A DNA stretch of 64,000 bases from NCBI GenBank assembly GCA_964234715.1, contig OZ174279.1. One strand, written 5' to 3'. Below are positions 1 to 13,062 of the stretch, one piece after another. A program made the translations under genes and the position numbers. Under the pieces are notes generated by a model, which saw nothing but the letters and a program-made list of their open reading frames with translations, did not search any database and was not told where the DNA came from. Within the stretch, counting starts at the first letter, position 1, and the number at the start of each line of letters is the position of its first letter. Origin of the DNA: Podarcis melisellensis (Eukaryota).

Positions 1-859
1 AGATGCTCTTGTAGTAACAGAGACAGACAGGGTGGGACTTCCACTAAATAACCAGGGGGTTAAAATCTGACCTGTGGGACACAAAGATAACCAGGATCAT
101 GGGTCTGCACCCATCCTTCAACTGAACCAGGCAATAAATCCAAACCAAAGCTCAATCCAAAACAGGAAATTTAATGACACAAATGAAAAAGGGCAGAAGG
201 CAGACAGTAATCAGGAATACCTGCTTACCCAGGGGCTGGGTCCTATCAGAACACATTGGTCAGCTCACACTATGTTGATAGCAGTATCATAATTTCAGCC
301 AGTTCGGAAAAACTTCCTAGTCTACTAATCCATTGTCTTATCCCAGCAGGGCTGGTAGGGTCATTACAATGCCATTTATTCTAAAATACTGTACCACCAT
401 AGCGTAGTTCAGTACAGGCATTCCCCTCACTTATGTGTGGGTTACGTTCTGGGCCCTCGTGTGCATAAGTGAAATTGCATAAAGTGGGGAGCACCTTCTA
501 AACAACCTCTCTGCCACTCTTCTTCAATTCATACCAGAAATATCCACAACTAGAATTGAAGCTCTAGGACTGGTAGGAGGCTGGAGGACATGCAGGAAAG
601 CAGCTGCTGCTGCGCTACTCCACACATCAGCTGTTAGGTGGGGAGGTTGAGCAGTGTAAACAAAGTGCCACTGCACCTCCAGTCTCTTTGGGGCTTCCTC
701 CGCCTCCACTGTCGTCCTTTTCAGGCTCCAGGGAGGGTCTCCTCATGAGCCACGAGGACTCTCCAGCTCTCTCCCACCATTTCCAAGCTTGAATTGAACG
801 ATTTAATTATTTCCCGGCACCACACGTATATGCGGTTGCACGTGAGTCAATCACATGTA

Positions 860-1101
860 GAGTGGTACCTCAGGTTAAGTACTTAATTTGTTCCAGAGGT
901 CCGTTCTTAACCTGAAACTGTTCTTAACCTGAAGCACCACTTTAGCTAATGGGGCCTTCCGCAGCTGCAGCACCGCCGGAGCATGATTTCTGTTCTCATC
1001 CTGAAGCAAAATTCTTAACCTGAAGCACTATTTCTGGGTTAGCAGAGTCTGTAACCTGAAGCGTATGTAACCTGAAGTGTATGTAACCCAAGGTACCACT
1101 G
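860..1101 (+). mobile_element. Tc1/mariner (Tigger-like) MITE, family A
   Basis: TIR (C)AGTGGTACCT...AGGTACCACTG with TA flanks. Internal AACCTGAAG subrepeats. Close copies at 20750, 53967 and 59573. Confidence 0.85.
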
Positions 1102-4100
1102 TATTTAACATTCTAGCTTTCCCTTACCTTAGAAACCACAAGTCCCTCTTTCTCAAAAGCCCCAGGATGGCTCAACAGATCTGACTCAGCACCCGCATGG
1201 TATCACGTGAAAGACCATCTCGCCACAGAAGAGCAGTTTGGTCTCACGTAGGACGCTTGCAGTCCACAGAACCCAACAGATTCCAAGGCCTCCGCAAACA
1301 ATCAAGCCAGGCAAGCCTCATTGTGACATCAGAGTAGGTAAGCCAACAGCTGCCAAGGCAGGCATGACCTCCTGGACTGCACAGGTCAACTCCCGGCCTG
1401 ACTACAACATCAAAGCAAATCAGTCAATAACATCAACTGTCGCAGGGCAAGCAGGGGCCAGCAAAAAGAAAGAGACTCAACAGCAATATGCTTGTGGTGA
1501 CAGAAGGCAGAATTCTCATCAAGAAAGGTGGTGGTGGTCTCTTCAAGCAGGGATTAGACCTGGTGGCCTATAAGCCCACCTCTCCTCCAGCCCTATGATT
1601 CTCTGAAGTCCTCTCTCCCTCTACATATGATATCCAACCCCCCTGCTTGTTCTTTATGGATCAGATGCAGTCAGCCTCCTCTTTGGGAAGGTGTAACTTA
1701 CAAGTGTTGCTCTCAGCCCACTTACCCAGCCCTCCCCATTTCCTGTTTCCCTTTCTCTGCCTCCTACAAAACAGTAATTATTGCAGGGAGCAACACGCAG
1801 GCAGTTGCAATCCGTGGCTGCATGAGCAGAGCAAAAGCATGAGTCAGTCCTGCAGTCCCTTGGTGGGGCCAGTTTCTGATTATGATAGGGTGTACTCGGA
1901 GAAAGAAGCATGCCAGGCAACTGCACATTGCACAACACCCAAACCAGCTGATGAGTTTCTTCCAGGATAGGTTCACACGCTACACTTGCGTGGCATATGT
2001 AGGAATCATTTCAGTGACGTCAAGTGCATGCATGGGCAAACTGAATGTGTAAATTGGTAACATATGGGCCTGACTCATCAAAAGACCTGTGAAAACCAGA
2101 ATTCCCAAACCATCATGGGATTTCATAGGCCTATCAGTAAAGCAGGTCCATGTGTTAGCAATTTACATATTATGTTTACCCATGCATGCAAACACAAGAA
2201 ACAACCCTGAAGCTGAAAGAACATAGTGTCCAAAACAGCCTGAGCCTCAGAGAGTTGGGATAGGGAAACTTAAGTATCATTCCACCCAGCCCATTGTTGG
2301 GATGAAGTGCAGTGACTTATGGTAACGGACCCATAATTTAGGACCGGAAGCCAATATCATAGCCTTTAAGTTGACACTATGTCATAATTGGAGGCAAAAA
2401 GTCATTCTTGTGCTGGAGTTCAGCAATGCTATCAGTGCTCCAAATTATTTTCATAGTTCCATGGGATCTTCAATGCCCTTAACCCAATCAGGGCTTTTTC
2501 CCTTTTATTTTTATTTTTCTCTAGTGAAAGAAGAGTCCTTCTGTAAGAGCTTCCCTTTGTTGGTCTCTAAGCTTCTGGTGCAACTCACATCCCCAAATAT
2601 TTTTAAAGTCCACACTTGCTTAGTCCAGAACTCAGCCGATCCCATCAGCCAAAATGCTCGCATTGCACTTGACTGCACAGTTTCCAGTTCGCACTCTTGG
2701 ATGAGTAGATCAGGGACATGTTTTTGCTGTTTCTTGAAGACTCAGCTCAGCTCACATTGCCTGCGTTTGCAAAATGCCAGCAATACATCACCAGGAGTGC
2801 CAGCCCAACTTTTCATAAGCACTTAAGGTAAACACCACCACAAAGCCTCAGAGCAGCTCAAGATTTCTGTGGCAGGGAGATAGCCTGCTCCCTAACGAAC
2901 ACAATTATATGCATTTTCGCTTCAAAGCAAGTCCCGATGTGTGCTCAATATGGATTACTCCCTGGTAAGAGTGGGTAGGACTGCAGCCCAACAAAAGCAG
3001 GAGTCCGACATGCTTGCAGAAACAGTTAAACAAAAGGACTAAATGCATTAGGGTAAACTTTATTCTTTTTTAGTAGTGTATCCTGTCCCAGAAGATCCTG
3101 ATTCTTGGTGCCAGCTCCCTGCTGTATAAGATATTAGACTGACAAAATCTTAAATCCTTTTCCCAGCATGGAACTAAGTATTAAGTCAAGGCACTGCTCC
3201 ATCAAGTTCACTATTGTCTACACTTACTGTCAGATGTTCTCCAGGATTTCATGCAGAGGGCTTTCCCAGCAATTTGTGGAGATATCAGGGATTGATCCTG
3301 GGACCTTCTACATGCAAAACATGAGCTCTACAAGGAAGCTAGTGTTTCCTGTTTCTCACAACCCAGCCCAACAGCAATAGAGATTCCAGCCAGTGCTCCC
3401 CACAAGCAAAAGCTAGGCATTCCTGCCCAGAGTGATTTGCCAAGAAAGACTTACAAACTGTGCCAAGTGTTTACTTTTGGTTTTAAAGTACATGCTCAGG
3501 TCTTCCAAGAAATAAATTCCAGAAGTGTAGTTGGAAGCATTTAGGTCAGTAGCACCAATATATATATATATATATTTAAAGTGCCATGGCACTTTCAAGA
3601 CTAGTTTATTGTGCTTTCATAGACAACAGCTTCCTATACCCGAGGCATGAAGTGAGCACTTCAAGTATCATATAAAGCAGGGTGTCAAGTATAAACCTTC
3701 GTGCCACACAGTGAAATAGCCACTATGGTGCCAAAGCATTTCAGGGTTTCTGCCAAGGAGTCCTATTAGCCCAATCTCTATTAGAGTGGGTAAAGTTCTC
3801 CAGCGGGAACATGCAGAGATGCATACCCTGTTCAGACCACCGTGGACTATAGATCAGAGCAGACAGTGTGTGCTGCTGGTGGGGTTCGGTCTTGATGTAT
3901 GTGCAGGGCTCAGCAAAGTTAAATCCAGTCTCACGGCATCGTGCAGGGAGACCTCAGGACACAATTCTTTGTGAAATCAGAGTAGCAACTGCAGAGTGGC
4001 TGCCTGGGAGCCCCTAAACAACACCTCCCAAAATACCCATTTATAGGAAGCATGTGAGGAGGTGTCACCTATCACTTTGGCAGTGCAAGGGCATGGTTTT

Positions 4101-5329
4101 AATCAGGGCTCTAGCACCACCAATAATCTGCAAGTTTATGAAAAACTATAATCAACCCGAAGCAGCCGTACACAGAGACTGTACCTTAAATGCTCTCATG
4201 TCCACAAAGGCCTCTCTCTTGCTGAGAAGTCGACTGTTCTGTCTCCAGAAACCCTGCATCAATGTGTGTGTGCACCACCGCCAATGCCAAATACTGCTGA
4301 TGAGCTTGTTGAGTTAAAGCGGTTTCTGCTATTGATCCAACTAATGCAGCTCCAGCAGAGTGAGGCTGATCTGAGCCGTCTGGGGTGGGAACCAATTGTG
4401 CTCTTGACTGACCTGGACTAAGAAAAGTCAGGGCAGGTCTTGCGCACATGGGCACACACCACACAGGGTCACATGCACAGACTCTGGCAGCAAAGCCTAA
4501 GCTAGCTCAATTCTTATCATTTTGCAGGAGACTCAGCAGGGAGGGCCCTTGAACCTGGAAATGGACATGAATTTCCGCACCTAGGTTCAGAGAAGGCTGC
4601 AATCTCTCTAGCAGCAAATGTGGCCTTAGCACATGCTGTGAAGGTATCTGTCCTGGAGCCCACACATGGACCAGAGTACCTGATCATGGTTTGCAGGACA
4701 AGTTTCCAATCAAGCAGCAAGGGCAAAGGAAATGTTCTTGCTAGGACCTAGCCACACATCTATGCACACTGTATCATTTGGGTTTTATACTGCTCTTTTA
4801 TTTTTGTATGGCTTACAATGCATCTTATTACGATTTGTGCACTACTTGTTTCCGCAACAACACATAAAGCTGCATAAAAGTGCTTTTAGTGAATCTGCAA
4901 TAATAAATAAAATTACTCTGATTTGAAACCTGAGGTGGCAGCCCACTGACCTCAGAGCAGCCCCAAGCCCAAACTTGTACTTCTGAGCCAGTGGGGGAAC
5001 AGTAGTTTGCACTTCCAACCCATCTGGTGAGACGGGCCGGACTGGCTCTTACATAAATCCGGTAGGCGAGTTTCTGGGACATCCCACACACTCTTCCTAA
5101 ACACGGAGTTAAGAGATCAGTAGAAACCCAAATTGCTCCAGGGAGCCTTACTCCACCAATACATTTACTAACACACATCCCACACGCTTCCCCGAGGAAG
5201 TACAGACCACCCAGTAGATCCAGGTCATTTAAAAATCCCCCCAAACCGAATCTTCCCATAGCTAACAGGAGAGGAAGCACATAGACTACCGTCCGCTCCG
5301 CTATGCCCTCATCCGGGCCCAATCCTGAA

Positions 5330-6270
5330 AGATCCGATGCCCACTCAAGACAATCGCAGAGTGGTGCCCTATTCCCAGTCTTGGCAGTGGTCTCGGTGCC
5401 CGATTATGGTGGCAGTTGGTAGTGGGGGGTCTGAGACAAGTTAATTCTCCAGCAAAGGGCCCCCAGGGGAGTGTCTGCGAGGGCCCAACCCCGGTTGTGT
5501 TTCCAGCGGCCCAGATTCCCTTGCCCGTTCCGGCTGCCACGGCACCGAGAGGGTGCCTGACCGGCGGCGCTCACCTGCTCTCTTGCGCGGGTGCCCCGGG
5601 GTGGTCGGCCGCTCTCGGTGTTGCCTCCCCACGCAGCTGCCCATGGCGACAACCCCAGGCTGCGATTGCGATGGATCTACCCGCCTGAGCCCGGCTCCGG
5701 GCTCTGCCGCTCCGCATGGAGCCGGATCCCCAATCCGCCCTCCGGACGAGCACGCAAACTTTGTGCGGCGCGGCTGCCGCCTCCGCCTCCCTCCAGACGG
5801 GGCTTTGGAGTCTTGCGGAACGGGAGGCGCCGATTAAGGTCTGCTGCCCTCTCAGGTTGGATCCGGCCCAGCGGCTCCAATGCCTGCCTCCGCCGTCGCC
5901 GCCGCCGCTGCAGCCGCTACTCCGCGAAGAGCTGGGGATCTGAGCCGGGGAGGATCCCCCGGCCCTGGGAGACACTTCGCGCTCCTCCTCCTTCTCCAGG
6001 TGAGCATGTGACTCGGCGGCAGGAGCCCGGCCTCCACTCCGCCCTCTCTCTGCCAGCCCCAGGAAGAGGATCGTCCGTGACCCGGGCTACCACTCTGCAG
6101 GGGGCGGGGGCGGGAGAAAGCGAGCAGGGCCGGCGCCCCCGACAGCGGGAGCAGCGGGAGCTGGCCTGGGCTCGTAGCGCGCGGCTGCTAGCCGTCGCCC
6201 CCCCCCCCGCTCACTTGCTCCTCAGTCGCCTCCTAAAACTCTCACGAGGCGCGACCTCCAGGCCCAATTT
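5330..6270. promoter_or_regulatory. CpG island / UBTD1 promoter and 5'UTR
   Basis: CpG-dense. GC boxes GGGGCGGGGGCGGG near 6100-6114. Confidence 0.8.
5575..5644 (-). CDS. UBTD1: Ubiquitin domain-containing protein 1, first coding exon (70 nt); the rest of the gene lies left of the window, so 1-5574 is intron 1
   Basis: Translates MGSCVGRQHRERPTTPGHPRKRA(G), close to the recalled human UBTD1 N-terminus MGNCVGRQRRERPAAPGHPRKRAG. Donor CAG|gtgagc at 5574. Lies in a CpG island, head-to-head with MMS19 as in human. Confidence 0.93.
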
Positions 6271-8539
6271 AGGGCAGCCAGATTTGTAATGTTTTATTTT
6301 GAAATCTTTTAAGATAATATTTTAGTTTTCTGTTAATTATGTTGATTTGACTGTATACTCTATATCTGACTTTCTTCAGAATGTTTTATTGATGTTTTAA
6401 TATTTTCTAAACCACTTTGAGATTTTTCTTTAAAATATAAAGCGGTATAGAAATGAAATTAATAATAATAATAATTTGCAAAGGCTGGCTCTTTATATGC
6501 CAACAAATGCTAGAGCAGTCGGATGGTCCTGCTGGGGTTGGCATCCCAAAGTCCTGTTGTTACCTTGCAGAGGAGCCGGCTTGCCCAGCAATAATCTGTA
6601 ACAGGCAATGTTATTGTTGTACTGAATGGGAGTTGGATTTAGCAAGACAGACATGGCAGTCTACCCTATGGGCAGTGGAAGAGCCTCGCCTTTGCCCTGG
6701 GTGCATAGGATTCCCTTTCAAAACATGAAAGGGAGCCACCTTCCTTCCTTCCAATCCCTCTGTTTGTTTGTTTTTTTAAAAAAAGACCTGCCTTTTTCAT
6801 GAAGCTTTTCAACCCTCAGTCCTCAATTTACTATGATGGGGCTGGGGAAATACTTTGGTCAAGGGTGCGCCTTTACTTTTATTACTCTGTAAAGCAGCGT
6901 GTTATATTGATGTACATATTAACGATAATTTAGTACAGTATTAGTTGAACAATTTAGATAGCTACAGCCTGGCAGCGAAGAGGTTCTGTGTATCTGCTTT
7001 TGAGGAGTGATGATCAAACAAATGCTCTCTCTGACCTGTCAGTCTTAGGCCTTGATTATCACTGGGAAACCAGCTTAGTGTGGCAGAGGTGTCCACTGGG
7101 AAAGCTGACCAGGGTTACATAATAATGCTGGATGCTATGAAGAGAGGACTTGGCAAATTCAGGATTTTGTTCTGATCTCTGGTGTCAGTTACCATTTTGG
7201 CCACCCGCAAATGGTCACACACATTCAAATCCAGGTGTCGCTTTTTCAGGCTGTTAGTCCCATCAAGAGTGTTGGATATGTCATACCTATCCTACTTCTT
7301 CCATTATATCTCTTATCTCATAACTCTTCCTTTGAAGGTAACGCTGCGTTGGCAAGTGGTGGAGCTAGGTAATTTCAGACCTTTTGGACTTAATGGCCTT
7401 TCTGAAGTATGTGTGAGTTGTGTGTGTGGTTTAGATAGTTGTGTGTATACCTCAGTTGAAGTACACAATTAACATGCCTCTTCTCACCCCAACTGCCACC
7501 AGTGCCTTACAACTGCTATGATGTTGAAGCAAGAGAGAGAAAACTTTGCTAATCCAGATACTAAAAAGAAATAAAAAAGAGCATGCAGAGTTTTGCTTTT
7601 TGAAAACTTGAGCACTTAAATCATAGCACCATCATAACTTTAGGAATAGTGTTGCCCTGATGCAGAATACATTTGCTTGGGAATAAGCACTATTTTGTTG
7701 TAGGAAAGGGTAATGTATTTTAAAAGCAACAAATGTCATTATTTATTTAAAATCTTTACATGCCCTTTTTAATTTGAAACCACAAGATGGTGTACATTTT
7801 TAAAAAAATACATGAAAAATACCGGTACATTACAATATAAAATAAAGCAGCAGCTGATAGGCCAGGGCAGACATAACTTAAAAAAATAAAACCAACATAT
7901 ATAAATAGCCAGTAAAGGCCTGAGAAAATTAATTAGTTTTTAGTAAATGCCAAGACAACATTAGTGTTGGTGCTTGCATTAGTTCAGAGGCCAATCTTTC
8001 TCTGACCTTTGCTCAGGGGAAAAGATTAGATGTGCATATTTACTACTGAAAAACACCCTAACCACTTGCACACTGTAAGCATTAAATGTCCTGGAAATGT
8101 ACTGTAATTGTTCATTCTTTAGCACTGGAGATGGGACTTCTTTATGAAGGTGGCAATGATAACCAGCAAAGACAGCAGACTTCTGAAAGATAAATAGGTG
8201 GAGCGGGATGCTGAGATCTATCCATTCCACCACTAACACCAAACCACAATGATCCCTGTCCTGATCACTGCATTCCTCCTCCTCCTCCAAGTGCATTGCA
8301 GTTCGCGGGGTAGGTGGGCGGATACATGTGAGAATAATTTATACTTGGAGCGTGGATCGCTAAAACGATTTCCTCACAGAAACCAGAGGTCTGAGTGTTT
8401 CCTTCCTTGGATGCACGTGTTTTGCCCGCTTGCCTGGTATTTTTAGGCCTCCTAAAGCAAATGGAAAACAATTCTGCATCTTGGCACAAAGCCGCCGTTT
8501 CTACTAACAAAATCATAAAAGTGCGTGTGGCATTCTTTG

Positions 8540-9550
8540 TATATCCGGGGATGGCATTCCGAGAATGAAGAGCCTCTACGTCTCCAGCAGACGCAACGCA
8601 GCGCTTCCCTCCCCCTCCTTCGAGCGCGTGGAAGCCTGTTCGCATCGGAGGGATGGTTGTGTGAAGCCGCATCGAGCTTCACTTCTGCGCTTCCCGCGTG
8701 TTGCGCGCCCTCTTAACGCAAAGCAAAACCCACCCCTTCTGTGACCCAGCCTAAGGGGCCCGCCCTGACCTTTGACGGGCCTGCCCGCCGCCTCCCTTCG
8801 GGCTGCGCCCCTGCCTTTCCACGGCCCTCCCCGCGAACTGCGCCCGTTGCTGGAGTGGCCTCTTGCCACGTGATGCCCACTTTGCCCCTGTCGTTTTCAC
8901 ACGTGACAGAGGGGACGCGCACGCGCGCTGTGCGCTTCTCGCCTGCCTTGCTATTCTCCGCTTTATCATGGCGGCCGGAGGGGCTGAGGTGGACGTGGGG
9001 GCGGACGCGTCCCTGTTGCCGGGCTGGGAGCGGGAAGGCGCGGCCAGAGAGGCGGCGGAAGGTGCGTGTGGGGATGGGGCGGGGGGCAGAGGCCGGGGCC
9101 GCGGAGCAGGCGGCGGGCTCCGGCAGTGCCGCGGGCGGGGCGAGAGGGGAACCGAAACTGCGGTTCGAGGGGTGGTCTGCGGGGACGGAGGAGGAGGAGG
9201 TGAGCATAGGTGTCAGGGAGAAAGATCGCCCAGTTGGATCTATGCTCAGGATCGGAATTCACTGTCGGAATTCATTCGGGGGAGTGTGTAAAGGAATGCA
9301 AACGAGATTCTCTGGGCGTGTGCAGAGTGCCTCTGCCTAACTTCATTCCATCCACCCACATCGGGATCAGGCGTACTGGCATTAATTAGGGCTAGTCGGG
9401 CATGCGGTAACGGTGGGCGCATGCAGGGTGTTGATCGGGCGAGGCAGTGTGACGCACGGCATTAATTAGGGACAAAGTAACGAGCTGTTTCGCCTCCTGA
9501 AGATTATTTCAGAGACGATAATGAGCTGGACGCGTGTGTTGAGGTTGGGT
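8540..9550. promoter_or_regulatory. CpG island / MMS19 promoter
   Basis: CpG-dense around MMS19 exon 1. Two CACGTG E-boxes (8867-8872; 8900-8905, as CACGTGAC) and TGACCTTTG near 8766. Confidence 0.8.
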
Positions 9551-12500
9551 ATGAGGAGGCTGCTGTGGGCAAGGCTGACTAGAGATAAAACCATATGTGT
9601 GTTTGCAGGAATGTACTTTTCCAGGGGATCAGATCAACAGAGAGCCCGACCTGGGCATACCCAATATAATTTCCTGTTTCCTTGACCTGTTCTTTTCTAC
9701 CATTCATTAATCTATTTCCTTTGCCTGTACTGTAAAACTATGAAAAGATGGGGAAACCTAACCCGTAATCACCCAAGCTACCTTAAAAATACAAGAGAAG
9801 AACAAATCATTTAAAGACTGTTAAAGGATTTTGAAGTGTTCTTGAGTTTCCATCATCATGAAGAGGCATACTTTTCTTCCTAGAAACACTGGCTTGTTTA
9901 CTTAACATTTTAGGTGGTTTATCATAATTCAGATGACTATTTGTGGTGTGATAGCCCCTTAGGAATTCATAATGATGTAGCTGCCGCTGTATGAAGAGCT
10001 GCTTTAAACATGTTTCCACATGAAGGCAAGTTAACCCATATAACTCTCTGAGTTTTGGAACTCAGGACTCCTAGATTTCTGAGGGGTGAGTGGTACTTGT
10101 AAGGCTGTTTGTAGCACAGCTACAGCTTTTGCCAATGCTGCAAACTTTAGTAGCATTGGTGAGGTTGATAATAGGTATTGCAAGTGTAGACCTGCAACAA
10201 AATTTGATAATTTATGGTAAGGCATGTAATATAAATAGACCAAAAAACAAACTAAACACATTGTTTTCATTTAAATACTCACTGTTGCCTTCTGAAAAAC
10301 ATTCATGGAAATGGAAGGTGATGGAAGGACAAAGAGTGAAGTTTTAACCTTTTCTCTTGTCAATCAACCATGCTTCCTCATCCTGACCTATCTAAGGAGA
10401 TCTGTGTATGGAAACAATGATCCACATGGATATCTCTAACTCTCACTGGATCAGGGACTGTGTGAATAAGATGACATCCACATGTAGATGTCATCTGCAT
10501 TTAGATGTTTGTACTATTTATTCCAACTGGACCAGCCTTCAAGTATAGAGGTGTTCTTGGAAATATGGTTCTCCTGGATTTCAGAACGGCTTCCTAAGAA
10601 AATAAATCTTGCAGCTCTTTAATTAGTACGCCTTGTACTTTTGAGAGTGAGATGCTGATAAAAAGAATAGAATGCAGGATTTATAATTGGTTCATTCATG
10701 CTGCTCTTTCAGCACTCTATCAGCTGTTTTAACAAATTGTGCCAAACTTGATTGAAGATATTCAATCCCGTGCTGTCTCCTCCCACCTCCCCATTCTAAT
10801 TGTAAGAGAGATAGTATTTTCAAGCGACAGGTTGTTTTATGCCTTTACAGTATCTAGGGAAAATGAAGGAGGCTGCTGGACAGCTCTCCCCGCTGCTAAT
10901 GAAGTAATTTGAGAACTGCTCAGCTGGGATGGGATGGTTGCCACTGGCTTCTTGATTTGCAGTTTCTGAACTTGAGCTTTGGAATAACTTAAAATAAGTT
11001 TTCAGAATTCAATTTAAACATTGAAATTTGTGAAACGTGGGTGGCAGTTTAAATTTCAGTGGTAGAACTTCTTTTTGTAAACCACTTTGAGATTTTTCTG
11101 CCATCAAGTGGTATATAAATGTTATGAAATAAATATTCTGCATCTGGATGAAATTTTGCATCATTTAAAATGTATTGTGCAACTCTACAAATTAAGCTGT
11201 GCAACATAGGCAAATGGTCCAGAGATGCATGCATGCATACATACATACATACATACATAACGTCACTAGGGGAGCAGATGACTAAAGTCATTTGAAGTTT
11301 TGGGAAGCTTTAGATATAAAATGTATTGGCTATATAGTGTAATTTTAAGCAAACTTACTCAGAAATAAGTCTCATTGGACTCTTTGGGTTTACTTTCTAA
11401 TAAGTGTGTTTATCATCACAGCCATAATCTGAGGTCAAGCAGCTGTTGTCCTTAAGTGAGCACTCAAGTGGCAAAGACATACAGCTCCACAGACCCAAGC
11501 AGCCAGTGCCTTTTTAGGCTCATTACAGCCCTTTGTGATAAGGGCTCTCCCAATGCAGCCAACTCACTGCTCCTGGACTCCTGCAGGGATGCAAAGTCCT
11601 CATGTTTGGAGTTGCCAGCAGGGATGCAGCAACACAGGGCTGTATAATGACAGGTGCCCTTTCCTCTTTGTCACTGGGAATGCAGGTGAGTGCTCAAGTG
11701 AATTGAGCAAAGGAGGGCAGCTACCAATGAACTGCTAATCACAAGGTTGATTAGGACAGAAGCTGACCGGGGCTTTTTCCTCTGGTGTAAAAAGAAAGTG
11801 TATTATGCCACTGTTTAGGGTTGGGGACAGGGTTAAGCAATGTTTGCCTTGAGTCACCAGTGTATCCCTGTCTTTCAAACAGGTGTATACAAACACATGC
11901 ATTTTTGCTTGTGTAAGAGGTTGTTTGAATAGTGATCTGGCAGGCTACTTTCCCTGGAGAATGCACCAACCCCAGATGAAAAGCTAACTAAGTCAACTGT
12001 GCCTTGCTCACTGCCAGCAGTTGTTGCTCTGCTTCTGCATGCTGTCTTTGTGATTTCTGTAGCACTCAATAAGCTTTTAAGTAGCTGTATGAGCACCTGC
12101 TTAATTAAGTCTTACTTGGTCCAAGGCATATAAATTAAATGAACTGCACAGTATCTCAGAGATGTGTCAGTACTAGTTTGAGAACTGATGTTCCTTTGCC
12201 ATTCACTTTTGCAATTAGACCTCTTTACAAATAGTTGGGAAAGGTTGCCTGTCTCACTAAGGGCCTAGAGCAGGAGTAGGCACCCTGACACTTCCTAAAA
12301 TTTCTGGATTCCATCTGTCCCATCCAGCATACCTAATGGTTAGGGGTGATGGGAATTTTAGTCTAGAACGTTTGGAGACCACATGGTTATCTACCACTAG
12401 CCTAGAGAGGCAGTATGCTTCTTGGCTATCATTTTCCTGGCTGGAAGAAGCACTGCAAGGAATCTTAGCTAACCCTTCCATTTTCAGAAGACTAGGACAG

Positions 12501-13030
12501 ACAGACTAGCACGGTGTTGCTTGCGCGTGGTGGGGGAAGAGCACAGTAGTGGGGAAGCAGAGATGTGGAGGGCAAATGCATCTTCCCACTCCTTTTCCTG
12601 TAGATTAAATGCTTTTCAACTTGTGATAAGAAGAATAAGAAACTGCCTTATACCATTTGAGCCATTGCTGCATACAAGCAAAAGGTCCATTTAAGTGGAT
12701 ATGCCTGGAAGGAAATTTGGGACCTTCTATATGCAGATCATGTGCTCTGCCTCTGAGATGTGCAAACAAGAAAGGCAAGTTGCACTGTAACTGAAACATG
12801 GATTCCCATGTCTAAATTTGTTTTAAGAAGTGCTGCTTAGTTTGGTGTAACAATCTACCTATTGTGATTTAACCTTTTGTGATACTTCCTTTTTCTTAGG
12901 AGTAAAAGCTGGGACCTGCACCATCTTAGATGTTGTTGAAAACTTGGGGTAAGTATGTAAGAAAGTAAGAAAGTAAGAAAGTAAGAAAGTAAGAAAGTAA
13001 GAAAGTAAGAAAGTAAGAAAGTAAGAAAGT

Positions 13031-13062
<32 letters not shown>

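Noticed and set aside
1-5574. Downstream UBTD1 exons or a nested gene
   Set aside because: No match to the expected WKSDYPM/EFWDTAPAFEGR peptides and no convincing exon chain.
5404-6289. Long overlapping ORFs up to 232 aa around UBTD1 exon 1
   Set aside because: GC-island stop-codon depletion; Arg/Pro/Ala/Gly-rich with no recognisable homology.
7005-7036. TGATGA...CTGA C/D snoRNA-like boxes
   Set aside because: Boxes only about 20 nt apart, intergenic, and lacking a convincing terminal stem.
8576-9340. ORFs of 97-199 aa over the MMS19 promoter
   Set aside because: CpG-island shadows; only 8968-9061 splices into MMS19.
12957-13060. Tandem array considered as CRISPR-like
   Set aside because: No spacers and eukaryotic intron context; no CRISPR or prokaryotic system anywhere in the window.
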